DNA of 64,000 nucleotides. Source: a virus. Its lineage: Duplodnaviria > Caudoviricetes. The translations under genes and the position numbers were made by a program. The notes under the pieces were generated by a model. That model worked only from the letters and a program-made list of their open reading frames with translations, was not told the DNA's origin and searched no databases. The stretch lies in IMG/VR virus record IMGVR_UViG_2832928787_000001, positions 24,759-88,758 of that record, one strand, 5' to 3'. Of the stretch, positions 17,504 to 26,844 are shown in pieces. Numbering within the stretch: the stretch's first letter is position 1; each line of letters begins with the position of its first letter.

Positions 17504-17902
17504 TCATTTGATTCTCCGCTGCTTCAGCAGCTTGTCAATTTCATTGATGGCGTTTTTTTCTTCTATCTGAAAGGAGTTGGGCTCAATAGTCGCCTTCAAT
17601 GATTGAAATCCGAGAAAAATAGAGGCGACACCCAAGATAAAAGATGTAAGGTCGGCTTGGCCATTGAAGGCCGCCCAACCTGCTGCAGCGCAAAACAAGA
17701 CCAGGCTGAGACCGTAAATTGGTTTTAACTGTTTAACTTTCCGAGACTGCTCGAGGCGAATGTTTTCTTGCCTGAAAGGCCGTTCTTGCAATAATTCTTC
17801 ACTTGAACAGTGAACTAACAGCCTGTGCTGGTTTTGCGAATTATCGTTGACATTAAAATCGCCCTGGATATTTATTTGTCCATCATTGTTGAAATCGCGC
17901 AA
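17504..17902 (-). CDS. Cassette-like gene: two-TM-helix protein
   Basis: GAGGAGG RBS with TTG start, lower GC, two hydrophobic helices, GTTAGCA core at 17943-17949. Confidence 0.7.
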   Translation of the reverse strand: MRDFNNDGQINIQGDFNVNDNSQNQHRLLVHCSSEELLQERPFRQENIRLEQSRKVKQLKPIYGLSLVLFCAAAGWAAFNGQADLTSFILGVASIFLGFQSLKATIEPNSFQIEEKNAINEIDKLLKQRRIK

Positions 17903-18133
17903 TCGTGGCCTCCTCAGTCACGGATAAAGTGAATTTGCTTCATGCTAACGGCTATCGACCAGTTAGGCCATATCCCCTTACATCACCTCGTGGTTATGTG
18001 TGCAAAGAGTATTTGCGGCGAACGTTCAGCGTTTCCGACCTCCGCCTATTCGACGGTACCGTTGATCCAAACCTGTCGTTTTTTTGGTGGGTGTTCGAGC
18101 ATGTACTCAACAGCAACCATCAAATACCCACAG

Positions 18134-18166
18134 TTGACATTAGCATAACCACTCTACCACAACAAA
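18134..18166. promoter_or_regulatory. Conserved 33-bp promoter-like motif bordering cassette locus 2
   Basis: Minus strand reads TTGTTG-N17-TAATGT with an extended TGn; 31/33 identical to 58899-58931. Confidence 0.6.
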
Positions 18167-18288
18167 TTCCCAGCTTTCCACCCCGAACCCGCCCCCGATG
18201 GCGGGTTCGTCGTTTTCGACACCCCGCTGACACCCGGCACGCTCCCGGCGTGAGGTTGGGTACCGGCTGAACATATGGAGGTCATTGC

Positions 18289-19854
18289 ATGGACCGCGAT
18301 CAATTCCTGCTCGACATCAGCCATGAGCTGTTAATCGACAATTTCGCCGGCGGTGGCGGGGCCAGCACCGGCATCGAGCAGGCAACAGGCAGGTCCGTCG
18401 ACATTGCCATTAACCACGATCCCGAGACGGTGGCGATGCACGCCGCCAATCACCCGCAGACGCACCATTATTGCGAGGACGTGTATCACGTCGACCCGCG
18501 TACAGCGACGCAGGGGCGCCCGGTCGGATTGGTCTGGCTGTCTCCGGACTGCAAGCATCACTCGAAAGCAAAGGGCGGCAAGCCGCGCGAGAAGAAAATT
18601 CGTGGCCTTGCCTGGGTGGGCGTGAAATGGGCTGGCCAAACCCGTGCCCGGGTACTGATGTTGGAGAACGTCGAGGAATTCCAGGACTGGGGGCCGCTGG
18701 TTGCAAAGCGCGATGTCGCCACTGGCCGTGTGCTGACCATCGACGGTCGCGTGGCCGCCGTCGGCGAGCGCATTCCGGTCGAGCAACAGCACCTGGTGCC
18801 GGACCCGCGCCGGCGCGGGCAACACTTCCGGCAGTTTGTTGCCGCCCTGCGCCAGCTTGGCTACGCGGTTGAGTGGCGTGAATTGCGCGCATGTGACTAC
18901 GGCGCCCCGACCACACGCAAACGCCTGTTCCTGATTGCGCGGTGCGATAGCCGCCCCATCGTCTGGCCTGCGCCGACACATGGAGATCCGAAGGCGATCG
19001 GATTCAAGCGTCGCCAGCTCAAGCCATGGCGCACTGCTGGCGAGTGCATTGACTGGTCGATCCACTGCCCGAGCATTTTCGAGCGCGACCGGCCGCTGGC
19101 CGATGCCACGCTGCGCCGGATCGCCCGTGGCATCGTGCGCTACGTCCTGCAGACCGGCGAGCCGTACATCGTGAAGTCCTCGCAGAACAGCACCGGGCAT
19201 GGCCTTGGTGAGCCACTGCACACGGCAATGGCCGGGGCGACACGGTTCGGACTGGTCGAGCCATTCCTGACCGAGCATGCACTTGCCTGCGCCATGCTGA
19301 TCAAGCACTACGGTGGCAACTACACCGGGCACGGGTCTGATCTGGCAGAACCGATCCACACGATAACTGCCTCGGATCACCACTCGCTGGTGACGTCGCA
19401 TCTGCTCAAGCTGCGACACCACAGTGACGGCCAGCCTGCCACCGAGCCGATCGACGTTATCGCCGCTGGCGGGCAGCACTTCGGCGAGGTGCGGGCATTC
19501 CTGGTCAAGTACTACGGCAACGAGCGTGACGGCGTCAGTCTGTTCTCGCCGATGCACACCCTGCCGACGCGCGACCGCATGGGGCTGGTCACCGTCCAGA
19601 TTAACGGCGAGCCCTACGCGATCGCCGACATCGGCATGCGCATGCTGGAACCGCACGAGCTGTATGCCGCCCAGGGATTTCCGCGCTGGTACCGGCATGC
19701 ACTGACCATCGACGGACGACGTCTGCCGAAATACGCCCAGGTCCGCATGTGCGGTAACAGTGTCAGCCCGGTCATGCCGAAAGCGCTGGTCAGAGCCAAC
19801 CTGCCCGAACTGACCATGATCGGGCGGAAACAACGAGAGGAGCTTGCAGCATGA
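18289..19854 (+). CDS. DNA cytosine (C5) methyltransferase
   Basis: FAGGGG, SPDC, ENV, RKRLF and CGNSV motifs. Confidence 0.93.
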   Translation: MDRDQFLLDISHELLIDNFAGGGGASTGIEQATGRSVDIAINHDPETVAMHAANHPQTHHYCEDVYHVDPRTATQGRPVGLVWLSPDCKHHSKAKGGKPREKKIRGLAWVGVKWAGQTRARVLMLENVEEFQDWGPLVAKRDVATGRVLTIDGRVAAVGERIPVEQQHLVPDPRRRGQHFRQFVAALRQLGYAVEWRELRACDYGAPTTRKRLFLIARCDSRPIVWPAPTHGDPKAIGFKRRQLKPWRTAGECIDWSIHCPSIFERDRPLADATLRRIARGIVRYVLQTGEPYIVKSSQNSTGHGLGEPLHTAMAGATRFGLVEPFLTEHALACAMLIKHYGGNYTGHGSDLAEPIHTITASDHHSLVTSHLLKLRHHSDGQPATEPIDVIAAGGQHFGEVRAFLVKYYGNERDGVSLFSPMHTLPTRDRMGLVTVQINGEPYAIADIGMRMLEPHELYAAQGFPRWYRHALTIDGRRLPKYAQVRMCGNSVSPVMPKALVRANLPELTMIGRKQREELAA

Positions 19855-19890
19855 GCCATCGAGCGATGGCTGCAGCAACCAATTCCGGGA

Positions 19891-20205
19891 TCATTGATTG
19901 GTGATTGCCGCCAGCCGCTCTGTAATCAGCTCATAAACCTGCTTGCGCTTGCGTGGATTTTTAATCTCCGTGCAGCACGCATTCAAAATATCAACGGCCT
20001 GGGCTGCCGTGATAACACCAGAATTGACTTCACGCCTTAGTTTCCGCTCATAGATATAGCCAAGTTCATTATATGAGCCACATTGGCCGCATGAAACCAG
20101 CAGCCGATCCCGCTTGCCGCCTGGATTTTTATCCTCATAGCGATACCGGGAATTGATTTTTTTGATGCCATCGAATACTTCAATGTCTTCTTGGGTAATA
20201 GGCAT
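19891..20205 (-). CDS. Antisense low-GC hypothetical protein (moron)
   Basis: AT-rich ORF with CGQC; absent at the equivalent position in prophage 2. Confidence 0.6.
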   Translation of the reverse strand: MPITQEDIEVFDGIKKINSRYRYEDKNPGGKRDRLLVSCGQCGSYNELGYIYERKLRREVNSGVITAAQAVDILNACCTEIKNPRKRKQVYELITERLAAITNQ

Positions 20206-20572
20206 AAAAACCCCTATTGGTTTCTGTGTTTTCAATACAAAACCATCATAGGCAGGTGGCAAGGGGGGCCGTCAAATCCTGGCAAAAATTTGTTGCCGAA
20301 TTCACCACTAACCGAGAAATGCACCACATGACCCAATGCCACGACTACGGCCACTACCACCAGATAGTGGACAGGAGCGCTCACGATGAATGGAAACAGG
20401 CCAACCCCGGCACGCCTCTGGCGGCTGATCCGCACGCTGGCGCACTGGCAGGCGAGGATGCACCGCCGGCTGGTGGTGATACCGGCGATCAGGGCGAGGC
20501 ATAGCCATGACCCGCGATGAACACTCAACGAACCTCCCCACCCCGGGCGGTTCTGCATTTCAGGAGACAGGA

Positions 20573-21340
20573 ATGGATGACTATCTGACCCGCGTGGCCG
20601 AGGCGGTGCGAGATGCAACGCTGGCCTGCGCATGGCAAATCGGCGACAACGGGCCGCTGCGCAGCGCCGTCAAACTGCCGAAGATCATCGCCAGCGTGCC
20701 GAGGCCGGAGCCGGTGGCCGCTTGGGCCGCCGGCACAGCCGCTATCGAATTCGCACTAGAAGATGCGACCGGCGAAGGTATGGCTTTCCTAAGGTGCTGG
20801 CTGTACGGCGACTTCGATGTCATCCGCAACGAATGGCCCGAGGCGCCTGAATCCGTTTACATCGGTGCTGATCCGTTACACCCGGAAACTGTCGCTATGC
20901 TCGCCGCTGCACCCGAGGAGCCGCAGCCTGTTCTGGACCGTCCGGCATCCATCGGCGGAACCACATTCGGGGTCGGCATTCCCGTGCGCACACTGGTCGC
21001 AGCAGCTCAACGACGATATGAGGCCGAACAAACTCCGGCATCTCTGGCCGACCGTCAGGCGCTGATTGACGCGCTCCGACACCCCGTTGTGGATGCAGAA
21101 CTCACCACGCTGCGCGAGCAGAACGCTGCTCTCAAACAGGATGCGGCCAGATACCACGCGCTTCGTGCAGAACTGATCCGTGCCGCTGGACCCGTTGATG
21201 AGCGTGGAGAAATCGAAAAAGCCATAAAGGAGGTCATGCGCAAAGCATATGCGGAGCGTGGAGATCCTATGCCGACTGCGGCTGAATTCGACACCGCCAT
21301 CGACATTTCCATCGCCAGCGCGGAAGGCGGTGCAGCATGA
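20573..21340 (+). CDS. Modular Eaa-like early protein
   Basis: AGGAG RBS; EPVA and AMLAAAP linkers shared with 61790-62407. Confidence 0.7.
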   Translation: MDDYLTRVAEAVRDATLACAWQIGDNGPLRSAVKLPKIIASVPRPEPVAAWAAGTAAIEFALEDATGEGMAFLRCWLYGDFDVIRNEWPEAPESVYIGADPLHPETVAMLAAAPEEPQPVLDRPASIGGTTFGVGIPVRTLVAAAQRRYEAEQTPASLADRQALIDALRHPVVDAELTTLREQNAALKQDAARYHALRAELIRAAGPVDERGEIEKAIKEVMRKAYAERGDPMPTAAEFDTAIDISIASAEGGAA

Positions 21341-21696
21341 GCGCCGCAGCGAAGTATTGGGCTGGAGCCATAGCCAGTGACGCGGCGGTCTTCGGCGCGT
21401 TTTACCTGTGGCAGTTCGAGTCGAGCAAAGGCGCCAGCAACGTGTTCACCTTTCTCATGTGGGCGGTTATTGCGCATCGGATCTTTATGAGTTTCGTTGG
21501 CAATCGGACACACTTCGAGAGGCTGCCACGGCCGAATGGCTTCGGGACGTACCATTGGGTTTCTGAGTTCGCCATCATCTGCTGCATGGCCTGGGCCGGC
21601 ATGTTTTGGTGCGCGGGGTTCTACACGTTCGCGACGCTGGCCATTGAGGGCGCTCGCAACCGCGAGCTGCGCGACAGCAAGGCGGGTTCGGCATGA
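21337..21696 (+). CDS. Hypothetical membrane protein
   Basis: Several hydrophobic segments; coupled start. Confidence 0.6.
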   Translation: MSAAAKYWAGAIASDAAVFGAFYLWQFESSKGASNVFTFLMWAVIAHRIFMSFVGNRTHFERLPRPNGFGTYHWVSEFAIICCMAWAGMFWCAGFYTFATLAIEGARNRELRDSKAGSA

Positions 21697-21829
21697 CCTC
21701 ATCTTCAACAGAGTCACCGAAGCGAGGATACGCGGAGAAGGGTTTTTAAATCAGGCCCATAAGGTTGAACAATAAACACCAGAATACGCAGATTGCCTAC
21801 CACCGGAGAACTTGCATTAAGAGGCCAAC

Positions 21830-22081
21830 ATGACAACCGACGAAATCGTGCCATTTGACGAGCTGGCAACAGTTTCCGGCTACAAACGACCGCGCTGCAT
21901 AAGAGACTGGCTGGACGCCAACAGAATCCGCTACCTGCAGAACGCCAGCGGCAGACCAATTGTTGCCCGGTCCACGTTTATGCAAGCACTGGGTGTCAAA
22001 CCAATCACCATTGACCCCACGCCGTTACGCGGAATCAATACCGCCAACCTTGACCATCTCCACGCGCAGAAAAGAAAATGA
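21830..22081 (+). CDS. Excisionase-like protein (DUF4224-like)
   Basis: ELATVSGYKRP...WL..NRI.Y....GRPIVAR; overlaps the integrase start. Confidence 0.75.
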   Translation: MTTDEIVPFDELATVSGYKRPRCIRDWLDANRIRYLQNASGRPIVARSTFMQALGVKPITIDPTPLRGINTANLDHLHAQKRK

Positions 22082-23166
22082 CTCGCCCCAGAAAGAAAAA
22101 TCGCGATCTCCCACCGCGCATGTACCTGAAGCATGGCGCCTATTACTACGTCACCCCAGCAAAGAAATGGATACGTCTATCCAGCAATCTAGAGGAGGCC
22201 AAGAGAAAGTGGGTCGAACTGGAAGCGCCATGCATGATGCCGTCGCAAGGCATGCTGGCGTTATTAAATCGCTATTCTGTCGAGGTGCTGGCAAATAAAT
22301 CCCCCAAGACCAGACAATTGCAGGAACCGCAAATGAAGCCACTTGAAGCTGCGTTTGGCGATATGCGACCGGATGAAGTTAGACCGGTACACATTGCCCA
22401 ATATCTCGATTACAGAGCAAGCAAAGACGCCCCGGTCGCGGGAAACCGGGAAAAGCAGTTACTGTCTCACGTTTTCACCATGGCAATGCGCTGAGGTATC
22501 GTAGACACCAATCCGTGCAAAGGCGTAACCCGGAACAAGGAAGTGCCGCGCACCCGATATGTCTCCGACCAGGAACTGGGCGACTTTATACAGTTCGCAA
22601 GAGACCTGAAAGTGGGGATGCTGAAAATCCGGGTCGATGATGACGGGAATGTACTGATGCCACAGCGAACGGCGAAGCGCTATACACGGCCACTTGCAAG
22701 TGGGCAGGTGGTTTCCAGCGTGCTGGACATTGCCTATCACACTGCCCAGCGCCGCCAGGATGTCCTGGCGCTTACTCTCGATGACATCACTGATGCAGGC
22801 ATACTGTTCCGGCAGCGGAAAACGCAGGATACCGCGCCGGTCAAAGTCCTGGTCAGCTGGAAGCCGGGCTTGCGCGAGGCCGTCAGGGTCGCCATGACCC
22901 TACCCCGCCGAGCCGGGTTCCTGTTCGAGACCCGCGGGCATCCCTATACCGACGACGGGTTCAGTTCCCTGTTCCAGCGAATCATGCGCACCTGGGGTTT
23001 ACTGGGCCATGAGCGGTTCACGGTTCACGATCTGCGCGCCAAGGGCGCAACCGACCTACTCGATCAGGGGGCTCAGGCAATAGACACTACGGGGCACGCC
23101 TCGGACAGCATCCTGAGGAGGGTCTATGACCGGCGCAGAACGCGCCGAGGGACGGCTGTGAAGTGA
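22078..23166 (+). pseudogene. int: Tyrosine integrase with an in-frame nonsense codon at 22492-22494
   Basis: Both ORF halves are in the same frame: AMR*GIVDTNPCKGV; catalytic TAQRRQD, HDLRAK, GH, VYDR present. Confidence 0.9.
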
Positions 23167-23250
23167 CATATATTAGACAACAGTGTCTATTATCACGTCC
23201 AAATCAAGCAAAAGAAAATGGCTTGCAGTGATGCAAGCCATTGATATTAC

Positions 23251-23297
<47 letters not shown>

Positions 23298-23402
23298 CTA
23301 AGCGGCGCACGTAGCCGCCTGATTTCAATAGCAAAATCGCGCTCGGATTGTGCCATTCCTGCACGAGACTGCAACCACCTGCACTACGCCTGCACCCGCT
23401 GC

Positions 23403-23419
23403 GGCACAAATCCGGCACA
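23403..23419 (+). repeat. Candidate integrase arm-type site
   Basis: GGCACAAATCCGGCACA, identical at 63950-63966. Confidence 0.7.
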
Positions 23420-23505
23420 GTGTGCCGCGACCCTCTACGCCCATCGCTCGCAATGAGCGCTCGCCCGGGCTAATGTGCTTCTGATAGCCCTGATCAGAGG
23501 TTTCC

Positions 23506-23718
23506 ATGGAAAATTACCCCCCTGTACTTTCCCAATTCGAAGTTCAAGCCAAGATGCTGGACTTTGCTGAAGACTCATCCAACCTCGAAGATGCCATTGC
23601 TATGCTCGCAGGCTGGATTGAGATGGCGGAACCTCGTCTGCAGCAGCACGACATTGCGGCCCTGATCTGCATCGGTGGAACGCTGTATCGCGAAAGCCGA
23701 CGTCGGCGTCTCACGTGA
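23506..23718 (+). CDS. Small helical hypothetical protein (paralog of 24293-24556)
   Basis: GAGG RBS; shared QFE.QA..LD.AED....EDAIA.LA.WI...IGGTLYR. Confidence 0.7.
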   Translation: MENYPPVLSQFEVQAKMLDFAEDSSNLEDAIAMLAGWIEMAEPRLQQHDIAALICIGGTLYRESRRRRLT

Positions 23719-23855
23719 TCTCGTACCGCTCAGCAGACAACACCTTTTGTCGCTCGCGTCAGCGTCTCCCAGTAGCTAATCTTTCTCTATGCGGCACCGC
23801 CTCAAGAACACTGGCCGGCGGGACCAATGGCGCCAACAAAGGGGAAGCGGCCACC

Positions 23856-24248
23856 ATGTACCGTGTCTTTTTGCGTAATCCGGACCAACAAGTCGTCCCG
23901 AGCTCAGTCACCATCACAAAAGATGCATCTGCCGCAGCCCAAGCATTTGCGGCGCTCATAGAGCGTACTGACTTCGATGGCAAACCGTTCTCTGCTGTCT
24001 TGAACTGCAACCGAACCCAGCTCGCTCACCACCGCTTTCATCATCGACCGGGGCAAGAGCACTACTGGCGCGGCCGTCTGGATGAAATCAAGTGGCCTAA
24101 GACGGGGCACCCGAGGGTGCTAGAGGGCGGGAAGCGCATATCCGTCTATCTGGATGTCCCCAGCCATCAGCATGCGGTGGCGCTAGGTGGTGGCAACGCC
24201 AGCGAGGGAATCCGATTGGCCTTGGCCGCTATCGGTCGTAAGAGCTGA
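23856..24248 (+). CDS. Hypothetical protein with a C-terminal ribbon-helix-helix-like segment
   Basis: GGKRISVYLD...AVALGGGNASEGIRLAL. Confidence 0.6.
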   Translation: MYRVFLRNPDQQVVPSSVTITKDASAAAQAFAALIERTDFDGKPFSAVLNCNRTQLAHHRFHHRPGQEHYWRGRLDEIKWPKTGHPRVLEGGKRISVYLDVPSHQHAVALGGGNASEGIRLALAAIGRKS

Positions 24249-24292
24249 AGGAGCCGCGCAGCTTCTCCCCCGATGGACTTGGAGAAACAAAC

Positions 24293-24556
24293 ATGAATGA
24301 CCGGCATCCCATCATCGAGCAATTTGAGGCTCAGGCAGAGCTGCTGGATATGGCGGAGGACGAATCTGCCATTGAGGACGCCATTGCAGTCCTGGCAAGT
24401 TGGATTGATGTAACAGCGGAGCGCCTGTCAGATAATGACCTTGCTACTCTGGTGCACATCGGTGGAACCTTGTACCGGCAAGGCTTGCATGATCGCATTA
24501 ATAAGTTGCTGCAGGATCAGCGCTCCCTGCCGCCCGAAGATAGCCCAATCTGGTGA
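24293..24556 (+). CDS. Small helical hypothetical protein (paralog of 23506-23718)
   Basis: GGAG RBS; clear paralogy. Confidence 0.7.
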   Translation: MNDRHPIIEQFEAQAELLDMAEDESAIEDAIAVLASWIDVTAERLSDNDLATLVHIGGTLYRQGLHDRINKLLQDQRSLPPEDSPIW

Positions 24557-24633
24557 ACTCGCAAAGCCAGAAACTGGGTGCTGCCCCCCCCTTCTGAACG
24601 GTCCGGCGGGTCTGCATAGAGAGGGCATCAGCA

Positions 24634-24882
24634 TTATGGTGTGACGGCTTGTTGCAGCCCTGCCCGCTCCACGACACAGACCACATACTGTCGCACCAGA
24701 ACCAGATAGCGCTCGACCAGATCATCCGGGTTATCGCTGGTCGGGCGCTCAATCTGTGACGCCGGCGTCACCAGATTGGCCGGCAGCGATGGTCGCATTG
24801 GCATCGTCGACGGCGGACTGGATGCGGCGCAGGCGCTCAGCATCAAAACGGCAATCGGCAGGCAAGGGATTCTGCATCGCAT
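24634..24882 (-). CDS. Outer-membrane spanin (Rz1-like)
   Basis: Lipobox LSAC, Pro-rich, overlaps the i-spanin gene. Confidence 0.7.
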   Translation of the reverse strand: MRCRIPCLPIAVLMLSACAASSPPSTMPMRPSLPANLVTPASQIERPTSDNPDDLVERYLVLVRQYVVCVVERAGLQQAVTP

Positions 24883-25144
24883 AGGTACGGTACTCCGTGG
24901 TGTGCCGGGTGGCGTTGGTGTTGATCTGGTCGACGCGTTGCTGGATGTCGCCGGCGATGGAGTTCAGGCGGTTGGACTCGGTGCGGAAGTCGGCCAGGGC
25001 CTGACGGGCGTCGGCCAGCGCCCTGTCCTGAACGGCGCGCTCGGCCTGCAGGTCGCGGGTGTGCCAGCCGTGCCACCAGACGCCGGCCAGCAGCGCAAGG
25101 ACAGCCAGCGCGCCGGCAATCCATCGGATCAGTGCATCAGACAT
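24749..25144 (-). CDS. Inner-membrane spanin (Rz-like)
   Basis: N-terminal TM plus coiled coil, after the endolysin. Confidence 0.75.
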   Translation of the reverse strand: MSDALIRWIAGALAVLALLAGVWWHGWHTRDLQAERAVQDRALADARQALADFRTESNRLNSIAGDIQQRVDQINTNATRHTTEYRTYAMQNPLPADCRFDAERLRRIQSAVDDANATIAAGQSGDAGVTD

Positions 25145-25602
25145 AGTTCCCTCTCCGCCTCACGGCGTGCAGTCAGGCCGGGCAGCACCTGGCCGCCGGC
25201 ACGATTCCAGCGCAGCAGCTCGTTGCAGCCGCCGACAGTGTCACCGCCGTTCAGCCGGCGCAGCAGGGTCGAACGCTGGTATGCGCCCGGCCCGACGTTG
25301 TAGACGAACGACGCCAGCGCCGCCCGGCGGGTATCCGGCATCGGTACCCGCGCACTGCGGTCGACCACGGCCAGCGCCTGACCCAGCTCGCCGGCCAGCA
25401 GCCGGTCGCATTCAACCTGCGATTTGCGCTGACCGATTCGCACACCGGCCGTGCTGCCGTAGCAGATCGTCGGGATGCCGACCGGATCGAGATAGGCCGT
25501 GGGGCGCAGGCCCTCAAAATAGCCGGTCAGCGGCACGGCAATCGCCAGCGCGCCGCCGGCGACGGCAGCCGCAATACGTGCTTTCAGGGCGGGCGGCATC
25601 AT
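25129..25602 (-). CDS. Endolysin, GH24 lysozyme with SAR-like N-terminus
   Basis: FEGLRPTAYLDPVGIPTICYG catalytic motif; GLTARREAE. Confidence 0.93.
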   Translation of the reverse strand: MMPPALKARIAAAVAGGALAIAVPLTGYFEGLRPTAYLDPVGIPTICYGSTAGVRIGQRKSQVECDRLLAGELGQALAVVDRSARVPMPDTRRAALASFVYNVGPGAYQRSTLLRRLNGGDTVGGCNELLRWNRAGGQVLPGLTARREAERELCLMH

Positions 25603-25817
25603 GTCGCGTCCCCCGGAACGTCCGTTTCATCGCTGCCGTCTCTCCATGCCCGGTACTCGCGCCAGTAGCGCGGCACCAACAGGCCGACCTGCAGGCCGAT
25701 GTAGATGAACGTGGCGATCGATACCCACTCGGCCAGGCTCAGGCCGGCCAGGGATGCGGTAGTGACAGCGACCGGCGGCGCCGCCTTGATGGCCTCGGCC
25801 ATGATTTCCTTGCTCAT
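25599..25817 (-). CDS. Holin
   Basis: Small TM protein immediately upstream of the endolysin. Confidence 0.7.
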   Translation of the reverse strand: MSKEIMAEAIKAAPPVAVTTASLAGLSLAEWVSIATFIYIGLQVGLLVPRYWREYRAWRDGSDETDVPGDAT

Positions 25818-25930
25818 ACAGTCCCCTCGGACGTGAAAAAGCCCGCACGCGGCGGGCAAACAAAAAGGCCCGCTTTGTGCGGGCCTGAAGAAGTAATCCG
25901 CTCAAGGCGGGTTATGTGCTTGAGAAATAA

Positions 25931-26146
25931 TTACTCCGAAATAGGTATTACGCTTGGCACATTCGCCCACGCTCTTGGAGGACGAGCGACAAGGTCAGTT
26001 TGCTCGACCACCACGCGTGCGCCACGCACATCCAGAGAGGCGCAGAGCACAGGCTTGATGAATTCGTCAAATTTCACTTCGCGGAGAAAGACCAACTCGG
26101 CGCCTGACTCGGCATGCAACACATGATCACCTTCTTTCAACCCCAT
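25931..26146 (-). CDS. Hypothetical protein (moron-like)
   Basis: GAGGAGG RBS; hairpin terminators downstream. Confidence 0.55.
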   Translation of the reverse strand: MGLKEGDHVLHAESGAELVFLREVKFDEFIKPVLCASLDVRGARVVVEQTDLVARPPRAWANVPSVIPISE

Positions 26147-26378
26147 AGCGTGCCTCCTCTCGGTTGGAGATCTAATCTTGGCATAAGCCGGCAGGCCTTT
26201 CGGCCCCTACGCGCTAGAAACAACAGCCGCTGGTCAGCCCGCGCTGAGGGCACATGAAGAGGCCCCGATCTGCATCACAAACCGGGGCCACTTGACCTCG
26301 CTCCGGCCCATGCGGTGGGGTCACAGTGAATTTAGATAGCAACCCGGCGTGGCTCAAGTGGAACTGACAAGCGGCCCG

Positions 26379-26840
26379 TTACTCGGTGATGATCGGTGAC
26401 ATCGGCCAGTCGATGGCCTGCGGGAACCCCGCCTGCAATGGCACGTCGCGCAGCGCCTGGCGGTAGGCGCGCACTGCGGCCAGCCCCTCGGCGCCGATCG
26501 GGTAGTCCGGCATCAGCAGATAGTCAGTAGCGGCGATCAGTGCGTCGCGCTGCATGCGCACGACCCGAGCCGCCGCCGCATCGCGGGCCTCCATCTCTGC
26601 CACCTCGGCCGAGGCATGCTCTTCAGCGGTCAGCACACCCAGTACGCCCGGGATGTCGGTATCCGCATCGTCATCGCAGGTGCCGTAGAACATCGGGACG
26701 TTAGTGGGGTACTGCGATTCGAGAGCAAACCGGAATTGCAGGCCAGAAATAGCCGGATGATCCGGGCCGTTTCGGGCCGGGGCCTTCGTCACAGGGATGC
26801 GAGTAATGTAATCGACAGCGGTATACCTGATGTATTTCAT
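26379..26840 (-). CDS. Tail fibre assembly chaperone
   Basis: RDALIAATDY...YRQALRDVP..GFP..IDWP. Confidence 0.8.
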   Translation of the reverse strand: MKYIRYTAVDYITRIPVTKAPARNGPDHPAISGLQFRFALESQYPTNVPMFYGTCDDDADTDIPGVLGVLTAEEHASAEVAEMEARDAAAARVVRMQRDALIAATDYLLMPDYPIGAEGLAAVRAYRQALRDVPLQAGFPQAIDWPMSPIITE

Positions 26841-26844
26841 GATT

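Noticed and set aside
18289-19854. Restriction-modification system around the methyltransferases
   Set aside because: No cognate endonuclease is adjacent; orphan C5 methyltransferases are common in temperate phages.
22492-22494. Programmed readthrough or selenocysteine at the integrase TGA
   Set aside because: The position fits Trp and I see no convincing recoding signal; a simple G-to-A change is more parsimonious.
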